Assembly (NCBI GenBank): GCA_963845755.1
Contig: CAWJTV010000019.1
Span: forward strand, 224,001-288,000
Length of the DNA: 64,000 nucleotides
Reading direction: 5' to 3'
Source: an uncultured Planctomycetota bacterium
GTDB taxonomy: Bacteria > Planctomycetota > Planctomycetia > Isosphaerales > Isosphaeraceae
Shown one piece after another: positions 1 to 12,100 of the stretch. Position numbers and translations under genes: made by a program. The notes under the pieces are model-generated. The model made no database searches and had not been told where the DNA came from. It was given only the letters and a program-made list of their open reading frames with translations. Positions within the stretch are counted from its first letter, which is position 1; every line of letters begins with the position of its first letter.

Positions 1-22
1 GGACGCGATCGCGTGCCGCGAC

Positions 23-732
23 GTGACGCTCGCCAGCGTGGCGGAGGACCTGGCGCTCGATGAGGCGCTGCTCATCGAGGCCGATGAGGGGCGCACACCG
101 CCATTGGTGCGCTTCTGGGAGCCCGGGGAGTACGCGGTCGTCCTCGGCGCCTCGCGCCGGATTCGCGATGAGGTCCGGATCGAGGCATGCCGGAATGACG
201 GGGTCCCGATCCTGCGACGGTCCAGCGGCGGCGGGACCGTCGTCATCGGTCCCGGCGCGCTCAACGTGGCCGTCGTCCTGCCGCAGACGGCGGCCCCGGG
301 ACTCTCGACGGTCGTGGCGGCCCAGGGCTACGTCGTCGAGAGGATCGCCGAGTCGATCCGCCGCGCGGGGCGGCCGGTCGGGGTCCTGGGCCACGGCGAC
401 CTGGTGCTCGGCGACCGGAAATGCGGCGGCAGTGCCCAGCGCCGGCTGAAACGCTGGTTCCTGGTCCATTGCTCGATCCTCTATCGGTTCCCGATCGACC
501 GAATCGACCGCTATCTCGCGATCCCCGAGCGACAGCCGGCTTACCGCCAAGGGCGGCCGCATCACGAGTTTGCGACCAATCTCGACCTCTCGCGTCAGGC
601 CCTGATCGACGCCCTCAGCGGCGCGGGTTTCCCTGCGCGGGGCCGTTCCCGGCACTCGACCGGCCCTTGAGCCACGTCCCCTCACTCCTCGCCGAGAAGT
701 ACGCGAACCCCGCCTGGATCGAGCGGTTCTGA
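23..732 (+). CDS. Lipoate-protein ligase A (LplA/LipM) family protein; frameshift near C-terminus; start may lie off-window
   Basis: Motifs LALDEALL, RRSSGGGTV, GDRKCGGSAQ, LVHCSIL. The typical end (EKYANPAWIERF) is in the 421..732 frame. Confidence 0.8.
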
Positions 733-945
733 CCGTTCCGGACAGCCGATGACCTGACGACCGCCGTGGTCCTCATCCTCGAAGCGAGCCCGACCCGGGC
801 GAAGCCGCTCGACGTGTAACGCCGGCTGGTCCGCATCGAGCCGAAGCCGGCCGGCCATCACGCCCAACACACGGCGGATCGCACCATCACCCAAACGTGA
901 TCTACAGTTCTCCAGGGTCCCTATCTCCGCGCCCTGGAGAGCCGC

Positions 946-3900
946 ATGTTATTCCGCTCTCAACCACGACGTCCACTCCGGTCGCGGCACGGTCGCGCCG
1001 CGCGCCCGCTCCTGGAAGATCTGGAGATTCGCCTGGCCCCGGCTGCCTTCAACCTCGGCCCGAGTCCCGATGTGATGGTGTCGGTCGGCGATCTTTACGG
1101 AGTCCAACCTCAAGGGTTCGGAGTTCCCCTTTCTTCGAGCTACAGCCCCCAACAGATCCGCCTCGCCTATGGTCTCGACCAGATCGCATTCGGGACGATC
1201 CAGGGGAATGGATCAGGCCAGACCATCGCGATTGTTGACGCCTACGACGATCCCAGCCTCGTGGACAGTTCGAGTAGCAACTTCCCGATCAGCGACCTGG
1301 CCCGGTTCGACCAGGAATTCGACCTGCCGGATCCGCCCAAATTCACCAAGCTCAATGAGTACGGCGCGGATATCGGCGGTAGCACGGTCGGAGCGGCGCC
1401 CGGCCTGGACCCCGCGGGGGCCGGTAATCCCAACGGCAACTGGGAGGCGGAAGAAGCCCTCGACGTCGAGTGGGCGCATGCGATCGCACCGGCTGCGAGC
1501 ATCATCCTTGTCGAGTGCAACTCCGCCGCCAGCCAGGACCTGTACACCGGAGTGGCGATGGCCGCCGACCTTCCGGGTGTCTCCGTGGTCTCGATGAGTT
1601 GGGGCTCGGCGGAATCGAACCTGGGCTCGGGAGGATCGAGTTTCGAGCTGGGGTCCGATGGCGTCTTGACCACTCCGAGCGGCCACCAGGGGGTCACGTT
1701 CGTGGCGGCCACCGGCGACTCAGGATCTCCGGGCGGGTACCCCGCCGACTCACCCAATGTGGTCGCGGTCGGTGGCACGAGCCTGACGCTCAACTGGTTC
1801 GATGCTTACTCCGGCGAGACTGCCTGGTCGGGCAGTGGTGGCGGCACCAGCCAGTACGAGGAGGAACCGGCCTATCAAGGGGGCGTTCAGAGTACCGGAA
1901 AGAGGACCATCCCCGACGTGTCCTTCGATGCCGACCCGAATACCGGAGTGGCGGTTTACGACTCCTACAACAACGGCAGCACCACCCCGTGGAGCCAGGT
2001 CGGTGGCACCAGCCTGGCGGCACCCTGTTGGGCCGGCTTGATCGCGGTGGCCAATCAAGGACGAGTGGCCCAGGGGGGGACGACCCTCGACGGTCCCAGC
2101 CAGACCCTGCCCGCCCTCTACACGCTGCCCGCCTCGGATTTCCACGACATCACCATCGGCAGCAACGGCGGATTCAGCGCCGGGCCGGGCTATGATGAGG
2201 TGACCGGGCTAGGGTCCCCGGTGGCCAACTCCCTGGTGCCCGATTTGGCCTCCTACGACCTGCCCAGCCAACTGGTCGTGAGCAACGGACCGCCCAGTAG
2301 CGTCACCGCCGGCAACTCGTTTGGACTCACCGTCACGGTCGAGGACCGCTTGGAGGACCTGATCACATCCTTCGACGGCAATGTCACGATCGCGCTGGCG
2401 AACGGCTCCGGCACCGGCGCGCTCGGCGGTACGCTCACCGTCAAGGCCAGCCAGGGCATTGCCACCTTCACGGGACTGACGCTCGGCACGGCCGGGGACG
2501 GCGACACGCTTCAGGTCAGCATCAATGGCGGTGCTGTGACGGCGACGACCAGCCCCCTGAATGTGACGCCGGGGGCCGCGACCCAACTGGTGGTGACGAC
2601 CCAGCCGCCTGCCTCCATGGTCGTCGGCACCAGCTTCGGCCTGGTGGTTTCGGCCGAAGACAGCTACGGCAATGTGGACACCTCCTTCGATGGCAACGTC
2701 ACGATCGCGCTGGCCGGCGACGCCGGAGATGGCGCGCTCGGCGGCACGCTCACCGTCGCCGCCAGCCAGGGCGTGGCGACCTTCACCGGGCTGACACGCA
2801 CTCGGGCCGGTACGGGCGACAGCATCCATGTCAGCGCCGGGGACTTGAGTCCCGCGACATCGCAGACCTTCGATGTCACGCCCGCGGCGGCCGTGGGCCT
2901 GGTCGTGACCACCGAGCCTCCCAGCTCGGTCACCGCCGGCAACGCGTTTGGGCTGACGGTCGCGGCCGAGGACAACTACGGCAACGTGGACACGTCCTTC
3001 GACGGCACCGGCACCGTCGCGCTGGCGAGCGATCCCGGTGACGGCACACTCAACGGCCTCGACTTGACGGTCACGGCGAACCACGGCGTGGCCACGTTCA
3101 CCGGCATGACTCTGGACACGCCCGGCAATGGCTATACACTTCAGGTCAGCAGCACTGGCGTCTCGAGCACGACGACCACACCGTTTAGAGTGCCACCCGG
3201 ACCAGCCGCATCGCTCGTCGTCACGAGCCAGCCCACGGCCACCGTCGCGCCCGGAAGCCGATTCGGTCTGGTCATCACGGCCGAGGACAGCTACGGCAAC
3301 GTGGCGACCTCCTTCGACGGCAATGTCACCGTCGTTCTTGGCACCATCGGCGGTACCATACCCACGCTCGGCGGTACGCTCACGGTCGCGGCGATCGACG
3401 GCGTGGCCACCTTCACCGACCTGACGTTGGACACGGCCGGCACCGGTTACACGTTGCGGGTGACCAGCGGCTCATTCCTGAGCGGGACGACCGACCCGTT
3501 GACTGTGAAGGTGGGCCCGCCCACGCAACTGGTGATCACCTCCCAGCCCCCCACCGGCGTGGACGTCGGCGACCCGTTCGGGATGACCGTCGTGGCCGAA
3601 GATAGCTTCGGCAATGTGGCGACGTCCTTCAACGGGGCGGTCACTGTCGCGCTTGTCGGCGCCGCGGCCGACGGCGCGCTGGCCGGCACGGTGACCGTCG
3701 CGGCCGTTCAGGGCGTGGCCTCCTTCACCGGGCTGGCGCTCGACATCGCCAACAGCGGCTACACAGTCCAGGCAACCAGCATCGGACTGACCGCCGCAAC
3801 CACGACCCCCGTCGCCGTGATCATCGGACCGGTCCCCCACCTGATGCTGCTCAGCCCACCCTCCGCCGTCACGGTGGGCCAGTACTTCCAGGCTACGGTC

Positions 3901-4518
3901 ATCGTTGAGGACTCCAGCGGCGCGATCGAGACCAGCTTCACGGGCGATGTCACTCTCGCGCTGGCGAGCGGTCCGGGTGGCGCCATCCTCGGCGGCAACC
4001 TGACGATGCCGGTAAACGCTGGCAAAGTCACGTTCTACGGCCTGACCCTGAACGTGCCCGGCTCGGGCTATGCCATCCGGGCCACCGGCAGCGGTTTCTC
4101 TCCCGCGGTCACGGCACCGATCACGGTGGAGGAACCGCCGGCAACGCAGCTCGTGGTCGCCGCCCAACCTCCCCCGACCGTCACGGCGAACCAACCCTTC
4201 GGCTTCACCGTCGCCATTGAGGACGCGTCCGGTGCCCAGGCCTCCAGCTTCCAGGGGGATGTGACCATCGCCTTGTCGGGCAAGCATCCGAAGGGAAGTC
4301 TTCACGGCACGCTCACGGTCGCGGCGATCGACGGCCTGGCCACTTTCACGGGCTTAACGCTGACCGGACCGAGAAAGGGTTATACGATGAAGGTGACCGC
4401 AAGCGGGCTCACCTCCGCGACGACGACGCCTCTCAACCTTTCCCCCGCGGCCCGGCATCCGGCGGTGGTCGCCCGGCCTCATCCTTCCCGGGCAAGGAGG
4501 ATGAAGGTCCGCTTATGA
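946..4518 (+). CDS. Secreted S53 (sedolisin/kumamolisin-like) peptidase with tandem Ig-like repeats
   Basis: Catalytic-type motifs EEALDVEW, ATGDSG, GGTSLAAP and GYDEVTGLGSP; N-terminal LEDLEIRLAP planctomycete extracellular-type motif; about 7 repeats of about 105 aa (QLVV..QPP..V.AG..FG..V..ED..GN...GVATF.GL). Confidence 0.85.
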   Translation: MLFRSQPRRPLRSRHGRAARPLLEDLEIRLAPAAFNLGPSPDVMVSVGDLYGVQPQGFGVPLSSSYSPQQIRLAYGLDQIAFGTIQGNGSGQTIAIVDAYDDPSLVDSSSSNFPISDLARFDQEFDLPDPPKFTKLNEYGADIGGSTVGAAPGLDPAGAGNPNGNWEAEEALDVEWAHAIAPAASIILVECNSAASQDLYTGVAMAADLPGVSVVSMSWGSAESNLGSGGSSFELGSDGVLTTPSGHQGVTFVAATGDSGSPGGYPADSPNVVAVGGTSLTLNWFDAYSGETAWSGSGGGTSQYEEEPAYQGGVQSTGKRTIPDVSFDADPNTGVAVYDSYNNGSTTPWSQVGGTSLAAPCWAGLIAVANQGRVAQGGTTLDGPSQTLPALYTLPASDFHDITIGSNGGFSAGPGYDEVTGLGSPVANSLVPDLASYDLPSQLVVSNGPPSSVTAGNSFGLTVTVEDRLEDLITSFDGNVTIALANGSGTGALGGTLTVKASQGIATFTGLTLGTAGDGDTLQVSINGGAVTATTSPLNVTPGAATQLVVTTQPPASMVVGTSFGLVVSAEDSYGNVDTSFDGNVTIALAGDAGDGALGGTLTVAASQGVATFTGLTRTRAGTGDSIHVSAGDLSPATSQTFDVTPAAAVGLVVTTEPPSSVTAGNAFGLTVAAEDNYGNVDTSFDGTGTVALASDPGDGTLNGLDLTVTANHGVATFTGMTLDTPGNGYTLQVSSTGVSSTTTTPFRVPPGPAASLVVTSQPTATVAPGSRFGLVITAEDSYGNVATSFDGNVTVVLGTIGGTIPTLGGTLTVAAIDGVATFTDLTLDTAGTGYTLRVTSGSFLSGTTDPLTVKVGPPTQLVITSQPPTGVDVGDPFGMTVVAEDSFGNVATSFNGAVTVALVGAAADGALAGTVTVAAVQGVASFTGLALDIANSGYTVQATSIGLTAATTTPVAVIIGPVPHLMLLSPPSAVTVGQYFQATVIVEDSSGAIETSFTGDVTLALASGPGGAILGGNLTMPVNAGKVTFYGLTLNVPGSGYAIRATGSGFSPAVTAPITVEEPPATQLVVAAQPPPTVTANQPFGFTVAIEDASGAQASSFQGDVTIALSGKHPKGSLHGTLTVAAIDGLATFTGLTLTGPRKGYTMKVTASGLTSATTTPLNLSPAARHPAVVARPHPSRARRMKVRL

Positions 4519-4643
4519 TTAGATAATGATCCCATGATCGGCACCACGGTTTATCATTGACTTTTCACGACTCGAACGATAAGAAGATAGTGGTACTCTG
4601 TTCAGAAGGACTCTCGAGCGATTATGGGCCGGAAGGAGACGCC

Positions 4644-5192
4644 ATGAGTTTTCCTTTAAGAGTATTGAAGACAATTCAGGCCATAGGCGTCCTGCTCCGT
4701 CACGACGGGGTGAAACGGATGAACTATATGCGGCTCCTGAAATTGCTCTACATTGCAGACCGTGAGAGTCTTAAGGAGACGGGACGCCCCATCACGGGAG
4801 GGCCGGTCGTCGCCATGGAACGTGGCCCTGGGCTCCAAGAGGTCTACGACCTGATCCTGGGCCAACATCGTGAGATGTCCCTCTGGTCCCAATTCTACCG
4901 CAAGGAAAAATACGATCTGCTCGAGCTGGCGGAGCCGGACGTCGGTCAACTTTCCAAGTTCGAGATCGGCAAGCTTCTGGAAGTCGCCAAGACCTACGAA
5001 GACGATGATGAGTGGGCGCTGGTCGACATCACTCACCGATTCCCGGAGTGGATCCAGAATGATCCCGGAAAGGCTTCGAAGCCGATCCCTCTGTCAAACA
5101 TCCTGGAAGCACTCGGGCAAGCTGATGCCATCGATGTGATATCGAAGGAGGCTCAGAGTCTAACCGCCTTCCATCGCCTGTTAGGGAAGTAG
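4644..5192 (+). CDS. Panacea-domain (DUF4065/SocA-like) antitoxin
   Basis: LLKLLYIADRE...GRPITG...AMERGP motifs and a later TH..PEW; AAGGAG SD precedes ATG at 4644. Confidence 0.8.
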   Translation: MSFPLRVLKTIQAIGVLLRHDGVKRMNYMRLLKLLYIADRESLKETGRPITGGPVVAMERGPGLQEVYDLILGQHREMSLWSQFYRKEKYDLLELAEPDVGQLSKFEIGKLLEVAKTYEDDDEWALVDITHRFPEWIQNDPGKASKPIPLSNILEALGQADAIDVISKEAQSLTAFHRLLGK

Positions 5193-5198
5193 TCGAGT

Positions 5199-5573
5199 AT
5201 GGAAGCCGGCACGACCTTCCTATTGAGCGCCGTCGATATCCACCTCTGGATCATCATCTCCGATGCCAAGCGGGATCCTGAGAACGTCCTGATCGTAAAT
5301 CTGACGACTCTCGATCCTCGCAAGGAGCGATCGTGTCTGCTCAAGGCGGGGGACCATCCTTGGATCCGACATGATACCTGCGTCAATTATGGCGACTCAC
5401 AAGTCACGACCCTCGATAAGCTCGTGGCTGCCCGAGATGGTAATGCTTTGATGATACAGAACCCATTGAGGCCCGACATCCTGCAACGGATCCGTGAGGG
5501 TGCTTTGAGTTCGACCAAGATGCCGCTCGATCATGCGGACCTCTGGATCAACCAAGGATTGGTACAGCCGTAG
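5199..5573 (+). CDS. Putative toxin partner of the Panacea antitoxin (possibly PemK/MazF-like fold)
   Basis: Starts 6 bp after the antitoxin; 124 aa; HLWIIIS...VLIVNLTT...GDHPWIRHDTCVNY pattern resembles PemK-like proteins (fold is inferred). Confidence 0.55.
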   Translation: MEAGTTFLLSAVDIHLWIIISDAKRDPENVLIVNLTTLDPRKERSCLLKAGDHPWIRHDTCVNYGDSQVTTLDKLVAARDGNALMIQNPLRPDILQRIREGALSSTKMPLDHADLWINQGLVQP

Positions 5574-5652
5574 AAATCCCACAATTCGAGCAAAGGCTTT
5601 TCCGCGCCGCCGCGTTGGGGGTGCAGACTCAAGCCAGTCAGGATTGGCATCC

Positions 5653-6894
5653 TCACGACCGCCCGAGCCGGACGGAGATATCTATCGCTTGGCCGTCGCG
5701 GACGACGGTGATCCGGACGGTCTCGCCGGGCCGATGCTTCTCGACCTCGGTGAGCAGCTCGTCGAGGGTTCGCACGCGCTCGTGCTCGACGGCGACGATC
5801 AGGTCGGCGCTGTTGGGGTTGACGGTCCGGCGGGTGACGGGCCCGAATCGCTCGACCCGCACCTGGACGCCCAGGAGCCCCGCGCGCTCGGCCGGTCCCC
5901 CGTCCACCAGGGAGACGATGAGCAGGCCCTTGCCGGTGGCATAGAACCGGCTGATCCCCAGGTCAGCCCGGACGACCCGGCCGTTGCGGATCAACGGGTC
6001 GAGGATCCGCACGATCCCGTTGATCGGCACGGCGAAGCTGATGCCGGCCGACTGGCCGACATGGCTGACGATCGCGGTGTTCATGCCGATCACTTCGCCG
6101 CGCGAATTGAGCAATGGGCCGCCCGAATTGCCGGGATTGATCGCCGCGTCCGTCTGGATGATGCCCTTCATCATCCGGCCGTGATTGGCCCGGAACGAGC
6201 GGTCGAGACTGCTGACGATCCCCGCGGTGAGGGTCCGCTCCAGCCCGAACGGGTTGCCCAGCGCCAGGATCTTCTGGCCGACGAGGATCTTCGAGGAATC
6301 CCCGAACGTCACGGGTACCAGCTTCTCGGCCGGCACCTGGATCTTCAGCACGGCCACGTCGTTGGGCTCATCGGCACCGATGAGCCGGGCGTCGTGAGCC
6401 GAGCCGTCGAACAACTTGACCCGGACCGAATCGGCATCCTGGATGACGTGGAAATTGGTCAGGATGTGGCCCTGCTTATCGATGACGAATCCGGAGCCGC
6501 CGCCCGTGCTCGTCTCGTCGCCGAAGAAGCCCAGTCCCTCGGCCTCGGTCGTGATGTTGACCACGCTCTTGTTGACCGCGGCGTAGACCTGGATGTTGAT
6601 CCGTTCGTCGGCGTCGAGGCCCTTGAGCACGTCCTCCGGCGGAGGCGGCGTCGCGGATGCGACCACGGCGCCGTGCGCGGGGGTCGCGCGCGGCGAAGGG
6701 GCGATCGGCAGCGGGGAAGGGGGTACGGGCGCAACCCGCTCGTTGGGTCCGCCCGGGATCTGTGCCAGCGGCGGCCTCCGCAACCCCAGGCGATCGCCGA
6801 AGAGCACCGCGACCAGCAACAAGGTCACCGCAACCGTGGCAGCATGCGCCAGGATCGGCCTCCAACCGATCGACATCGGGTTTTCCTTATTCAT
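5653..6894 (-). CDS. HtrA/DegP-type trypsin-like serine protease with PDZ domain
   Basis: GSGFVID, LTNFHV, DVAVLK, IQTDAAINPGNSGGPL; N-terminal TM segment; C-terminal PDZ (GGPAERAGL). Confidence 0.9.
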   Translation of the reverse strand: MNKENPMSIGWRPILAHAATVAVTLLLVAVLFGDRLGLRRPPLAQIPGGPNERVAPVPPSPLPIAPSPRATPAHGAVVASATPPPPEDVLKGLDADERINIQVYAAVNKSVVNITTEAEGLGFFGDETSTGGGSGFVIDKQGHILTNFHVIQDADSVRVKLFDGSAHDARLIGADEPNDVAVLKIQVPAEKLVPVTFGDSSKILVGQKILALGNPFGLERTLTAGIVSSLDRSFRANHGRMMKGIIQTDAAINPGNSGGPLLNSRGEVIGMNTAIVSHVGQSAGISFAVPINGIVRILDPLIRNGRVVRADLGISRFYATGKGLLIVSLVDGGPAERAGLLGVQVRVERFGPVTRRTVNPNSADLIVAVEHERVRTLDELLTEVEKHRPGETVRITVVRDGQAIDISVRLGRS

Positions 6895-7232
6895 GATCGT
6901 GTCCTTCCCCAAAAACTGGACGGTCCAGCCTCAGATGACGTTAAATAATCAATCCAGCATTTGTGATTGCCGCGATCCCTGGGGGTGTCGCGCTCCGGCG
7001 CCGACTCCAGCCACTCGACCCTCGTTGTGGGCTTCCAGGAGTGGCTGGGGTCGAAGCCGGCTCCAGCCGGCGAGTTCCCAGGAGCGATCCGGCGCGACGA
7101 GGCACGGTGGAATGAGGCAGCGGCCTGCCGTTCTCGTCGTCCGGAGCGCGCTGGTTATTATATACGTCGCGACGGGTGAACCGCGACGTTTTCCGCGGGA
7201 AGGTGCGGCTCCGACCGGGCCGGATCGGGGGT

Positions 7233-8440
7233 TTACCGATCGGTATCCGGGCCGGCCGAGCTGGTCTCGAACTCGGCATCGGCGCGGCTGCGGGGTTGGC
7301 CGCCCCGGGTGCGAGCGGGCGCGCGGTCGGTGTCGCGGGTGGCTCGGGCGCGCTCGACCTTGTTCACGTCGAGGAACAGGAGGACCTCGGTGGCGGTCGG
7401 GAATGTCCCCGGGATCGGGAGGTTGAACAGGCCGTTCTTCTTGTCGTGGATCCGGGGTGGATCCCGCACGAGATGATCAGCGTCTGGCCCAGCTTCCAGT
7501 CCGTGACGGTCTTCTCCAGCCGGGTCTCGGTTGCATCCGGCACGTCGATGCTCGACTCGGCCAAACCGACCTCACGGGGGGCGATCACCCGGGTCCGGTG
7601 CAGAGAGCGGAGCGTGTTGACCGACAGGTCGATCTTGGCGTCAACGGCGGTCCCCTCGAAATTCAACAGCGGGCTGAACTTGAGGACGATCCCCTCATAG
7701 AGCGTCACGGGACGGGGCTGGAACGACAGGCCGGCGGTGCTATCGCGCTGAAGGCCGCCGACGAACTTTCGCTCTTCCAGGGTCTGGTACTTGACGGTCT
7801 GGCCATTGATCATTTCCAGGCCCCTGTGGGACAGGGGTCGAAAACCCTGCTGGACCTGCATCTGCGAGAGGATGAGTGCGGCATCCTTCATGTCCATCGT
7901 CCAGATCTGCTGTCCCTGCGGGCCGGCGCCGACGTAGGTGAGCCGCGAGTAGACCGTGTACCGCCATCGCGGGTCCACGGCCGCCACGAGCTGGACGTTG
8001 ACGGTCAGCATGTCCTCGACCGCATTGGTGAATCGCTCGACGATATCACTTACCTGCTTGAGGACTTGCGGCGAGTTGTAGGCTGAGAGCGAGCTCCGGT
8101 TGGCCCAGAGCGCGGCGGCCCGTTCGCCGTGCCACTCGGGCATGCCGGTCCGCAGGAAGATCCAGTCGATGATCGCCTTCTCCGGAGGCGCCTGGTGGCT
8201 GGAGATGCGGGTGTACCCCGAGATGTCCCACGTCTTCAACTGGAACCCGCGTTCCTTGGGGAACCCGGCGGGTAGGTCGGCGTCTCCAGACCCGGCATCG
8301 GCCGTGTCGCGATCGTCCACGACCGATTCGGCGGGCGTCTCCCGTCGCGCGAGTTTTCGGCCCTGCCCTTGCGCGAGGAGACTTCGCGGGACCAGGCCGC
8401 CCAGAAACATCGACGCTAACAGTGCCGTGCGGCGGTTCAT
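7233..8440 (-). CDS. Exported hypothetical protein (frameshifted near C-terminus)
   Basis: MNRRTALLASMFLGG twin-arginine-like leader; ORF 7364..8440 continues in frame 7233..7469 (KKNGLFNLPIPG...EVLLFLDV). Confidence 0.6.
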
Positions 8441-9100
8441 GCCAGGAGGCCTCCTTGCCGGGCTGGCGGGCTCGGGATCTCATCGGACCAGGATCCCGAG
8501 ACAAGAGTGGCGAGAGTCATGCTGTCATGGAGTAAGCGGCGACCATCGCGGCGGGGCGCTCGCCTCTGGGGCGACGCGCATCCAGATCGAGGCACCAAGA
8601 CTAACGCCCCGGAGCCTAACCGCGGTGCTTCATAGCAGACGGGCGGTTTTCGCTCAAGGCCAACCTGTCGGGAGTAGCAAGCGGCCAAGCGGCAAGTGGC
8701 CGGTGAAATCAAGACCGGTTTCTCCACAACGCCCGAGCCCCGGGCACGATCGCTCCCAGGAGTGGCGCGTGGGATTTCGTAGAGCCTACCGACTTGCCAC
8801 TCCCGGCGCCCCTTGCTGCCCACAACTCACGACCCCAATTTGTGGGCTACACTACTTCCAGATACCGGGAAGGCAGGGTGGTCACCTGGGGGCCGGCGAG
8901 GACGGGGTACCGACGTGGGTTTCCCGTTCAGCGTCGATGCTATGCGGCACGGATCCCTCGGGAACGACCCTGGACCACTGGCCGATCGCCATCGGATCGA
9001 ATCGGTCATTGGTTATTGGTGGCACAAGAACACGAGAACGGCCCGAACCGTTTGCGTACGAACCACTCGCCAGTAACCACCAGCAACTATGGAGAGTGGC

Positions 9101-12100
9101 ATGGCCCCCCTTCAACGAGCTGTACGCCGAGCCCGACCGCGCAACCCGCCGCGCATTCCTGACATCTCGGGACGACCTGGAAGTCCGCATCGTCCCCGCC
9201 CTGATCAGCACCGGCGCGACCGCGGTCGCAGTGATATCGCCGGTCCTCGTGCCTCCGGGATCTCGGCCGATCGAGCCCGACGGCGGCGGTGAGTCTCCCG
9301 GCGGCTACACTCCGCAAGAAATCCAGACCGCCTATGGAGTCAACAGCATCCGCTTCGGCTCGATCACCGGCGATGGGGCGGGCCAGACCATCGCGATCGT
9401 CGACGCGTACGATGACCCCGGACTGGTGGATAGCGCGGCCTCCCATTTCAGCACCAGCGACCTGGCCCAGTTCGACCAGGCGTTCGGCCTGGCAGACCCG
9501 CCCAGCTTCACGAAGGTCAACCAGAACGGCGACACGTCCGGCCTGCCCGGCACGGACCCGGCGGGCGCGGGGAGTTCTAGCGGGAACTGGGAGTACGAGG
9601 AAGCCATGGATGTGGAGTGGGCCCACGCCCTCGCCCCCGCGGCGAGCATCGTGCTCGTCGAAGCCGATTCGAACAGCTTCAGCGACCTGACTTCCGCGAT
9701 CACCATCGCGGCCAACCTCCCCGGCGTCTCGGTGGTCTCGTTGAGCTGGGGCTCGTCGGAATTCAGCGGAGAGTCGTTCTGGGATTCCGACTTCGAGACG
9801 CCGACCGGCCACCAGGGCGTGACCTTCGTGGCCGCCTCGGGCGACGGAGGGTCTCCGGGCATCTACCCGGCGTCGTCGCCGAACGTGGTAGCCGCCGGTG
9901 GCACCACGCTGCGGCTCGGTTCGGGCGGTTCTTACCAAGGCGAGACGGCCTGGTCCGGCAGCGGCGGCGGGGTCAGCGCCGACGAGAACGAGCCGGCGTA
10001 CCAGGATGGGGTCCAGAGCACCGGCTTTCGGACGACCCCCGACGTGGCGTTCGTGGCCGATCGGTCCACGGGCGTCGCGGTCTACGACTCCTACGACAAC
10101 ACCGGCGGCGGCCCCTGGAATGAAATGGGCGGCACCAGCCTCGCCGCCCCGAGTTGGGCCGCCCTGATCGCCATCGCCGACCAGGGTCGGGTTGCCGAGG
10201 GGGGGACGACCCTCGATGGCGCAACGCAGACCCTGCCCGCACTCTATTCGCTCCCCGCCGCCGACTTCCACGACATCACCGGCGGCAGCAACGGTGGCTA
10301 CAACGCCGGGCCGGGATACGACGAGGTCACAGGGCTGGGTACGCCGGTCGCAAATCTCCTGGTCCCCGATCTCGCCTCGTACGGCATGCCGGACCAGCTC
10401 GTCGTGACCGCGCAGCCGCCCGGTTCGGTCACGGCCGGCAGCCCGTTCGCCCTGGTCGTCGACGTCGAGAGCCCCAGCGGCACACCGATCACCGGCGCGA
10501 CCGGCACCGTGACTCTCTCCCTGGCCAACGACCCGGGCGGAGCGGCCCTGAATGGCACGCTGACGGCGACCATCAACCAGGGCGTCGCCACGTTCTCGGG
10601 CCTGACGATCGATCAGGCCGGCACCGGCTATGCCCTGCTCGTCAGCGGAAGTAACCTCGGTTCGGCGACCTCGGGCTCATTCAACGTCGTGCCGGCCGCG
10701 GCCTCCCAGCTCGTCATCAGCGCGCAACCTCCGGCCATCGTCACGGCCGGTGGCGCGTTTGGCCTGACGGTCAGCGTCGAGGATCCATTTGGCAACCTCG
10801 AGGCCGGCTACGGCGGCAGCGTCGCGCTCGCACTCGGAGCCAATCCGGGCGGGGGCAGCCTGGGCGGCGAGGTCACGGTCACGGCATCCGGCGGCGTGGC
10901 CAGTTTCTCCGGCCTGACCCTCGACCAGGCCGGGGCCGGTTACGCGATCCAGGCGAGCGCGAGCGGGCTCCTCGCCGGGACCACGCAATCCTTCAACGTG
11001 ATCCCCGCAACACCCGCACAGCTCGTGATGGCGGCGGAACCCGCGCCGGCGATCACCGCAGGCGCCGGGTTCGGCCTGGCGGTCTCGGTCGAGGACGTTT
11101 ACGGCAACCTCGAAACCAGCTATAGCGGCAATGTCGCGGTGAGCCTGACCGGCGGTCCCGGCGGGGCCAGCCTGGGCGGTACGCTCAATCTGCCGGCATC
11201 CGGCGGCGTTGCCAGTTTCTCCGGCCTGACCCTCGACCAGGCCGGGACCGGTTACGCGATCGGCGCCGTCGGCACCGGCCTTTCGTCCGCCACGACGTCG
11301 AGCTTCAATGTGATCCCCGCTGCACCGGCCCAGCTCGTGATCATCGCAGGTCCCCCGGCGACCGTGACGGCCGGAGCCGGGTTCGGCCTCTCGGCGTCGA
11401 TTGAGGACGCCTACGGCAACCTCGAGACGACCGACAGTAGCCAGGTCACACTCGCCCTGACCGGAGGGCCCGACACACTGTCCATCGCCGGCACGAGCGC
11501 GGTTTCCGCCGTCGGCGGCATGGCCAGCTTTTCGGACCTCGCGCTCGACCAGGCCGGGTCGGGTTATACCATCCACCTCGCGAGCGATGGCCTGACGACC
11601 GCGACCACGACGGCCTTCACCGTGAACCCCGCCGCGCCCAGCCGACTGGTCATCACGGCCGAGCCCACGACCAGCGTCACGGCCGGCCAGGCGTTCGGCG
11701 TCACGGTCGCGGTCGAGGACGCGTTCGGCAACGCGGAGCCGTCCTATAACGGCGACCTGACGCTCGCCCTGGCAGGGGGCGCCGCGGGGACGAGCCTGGG
11801 CGGAGACCTCACGCTCGCCGCGGATGGCGGAGTCGCCAGCTTCTCGGGCCTCTCGCTCGATCGAGTGGACGGCGGCTACACGATCCAGGCCCGCGGTGAC
11901 GGCCTCACCGGCGCCTCCACGACGGCCTTCCAGGTTACGCCCGCCGCGGCGTCCCAATTGGTGATGGTCGCCCAGCCCCCGACCAAGCTGAGCGCCGGGC
12001 AACCGTTCGGCTTCACCGTGGCCGCCGAGGACCCGTTCGGGAACCTCGCCACCACCTTCGACGGCAGCGTGTCGGCCGCGATGGCCCACGATCCCGCCGG

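Noticed and set aside
5533..6948. Long antisense and alternate-frame ORFs (this one, 10677..12575, 21290..22729, 32836..34275 and similar)
   Set aside because: Shadow ORFs expected opposite real genes in high-GC DNA; they carry no motifs.
8100..9100. N-terminal 330 aa of the 1487-aa ORF
   Set aside because: It overlaps an opposite-strand gene and is not protein-like; an SD plus ATG at 9101 and the paralog alignment place the real start later.
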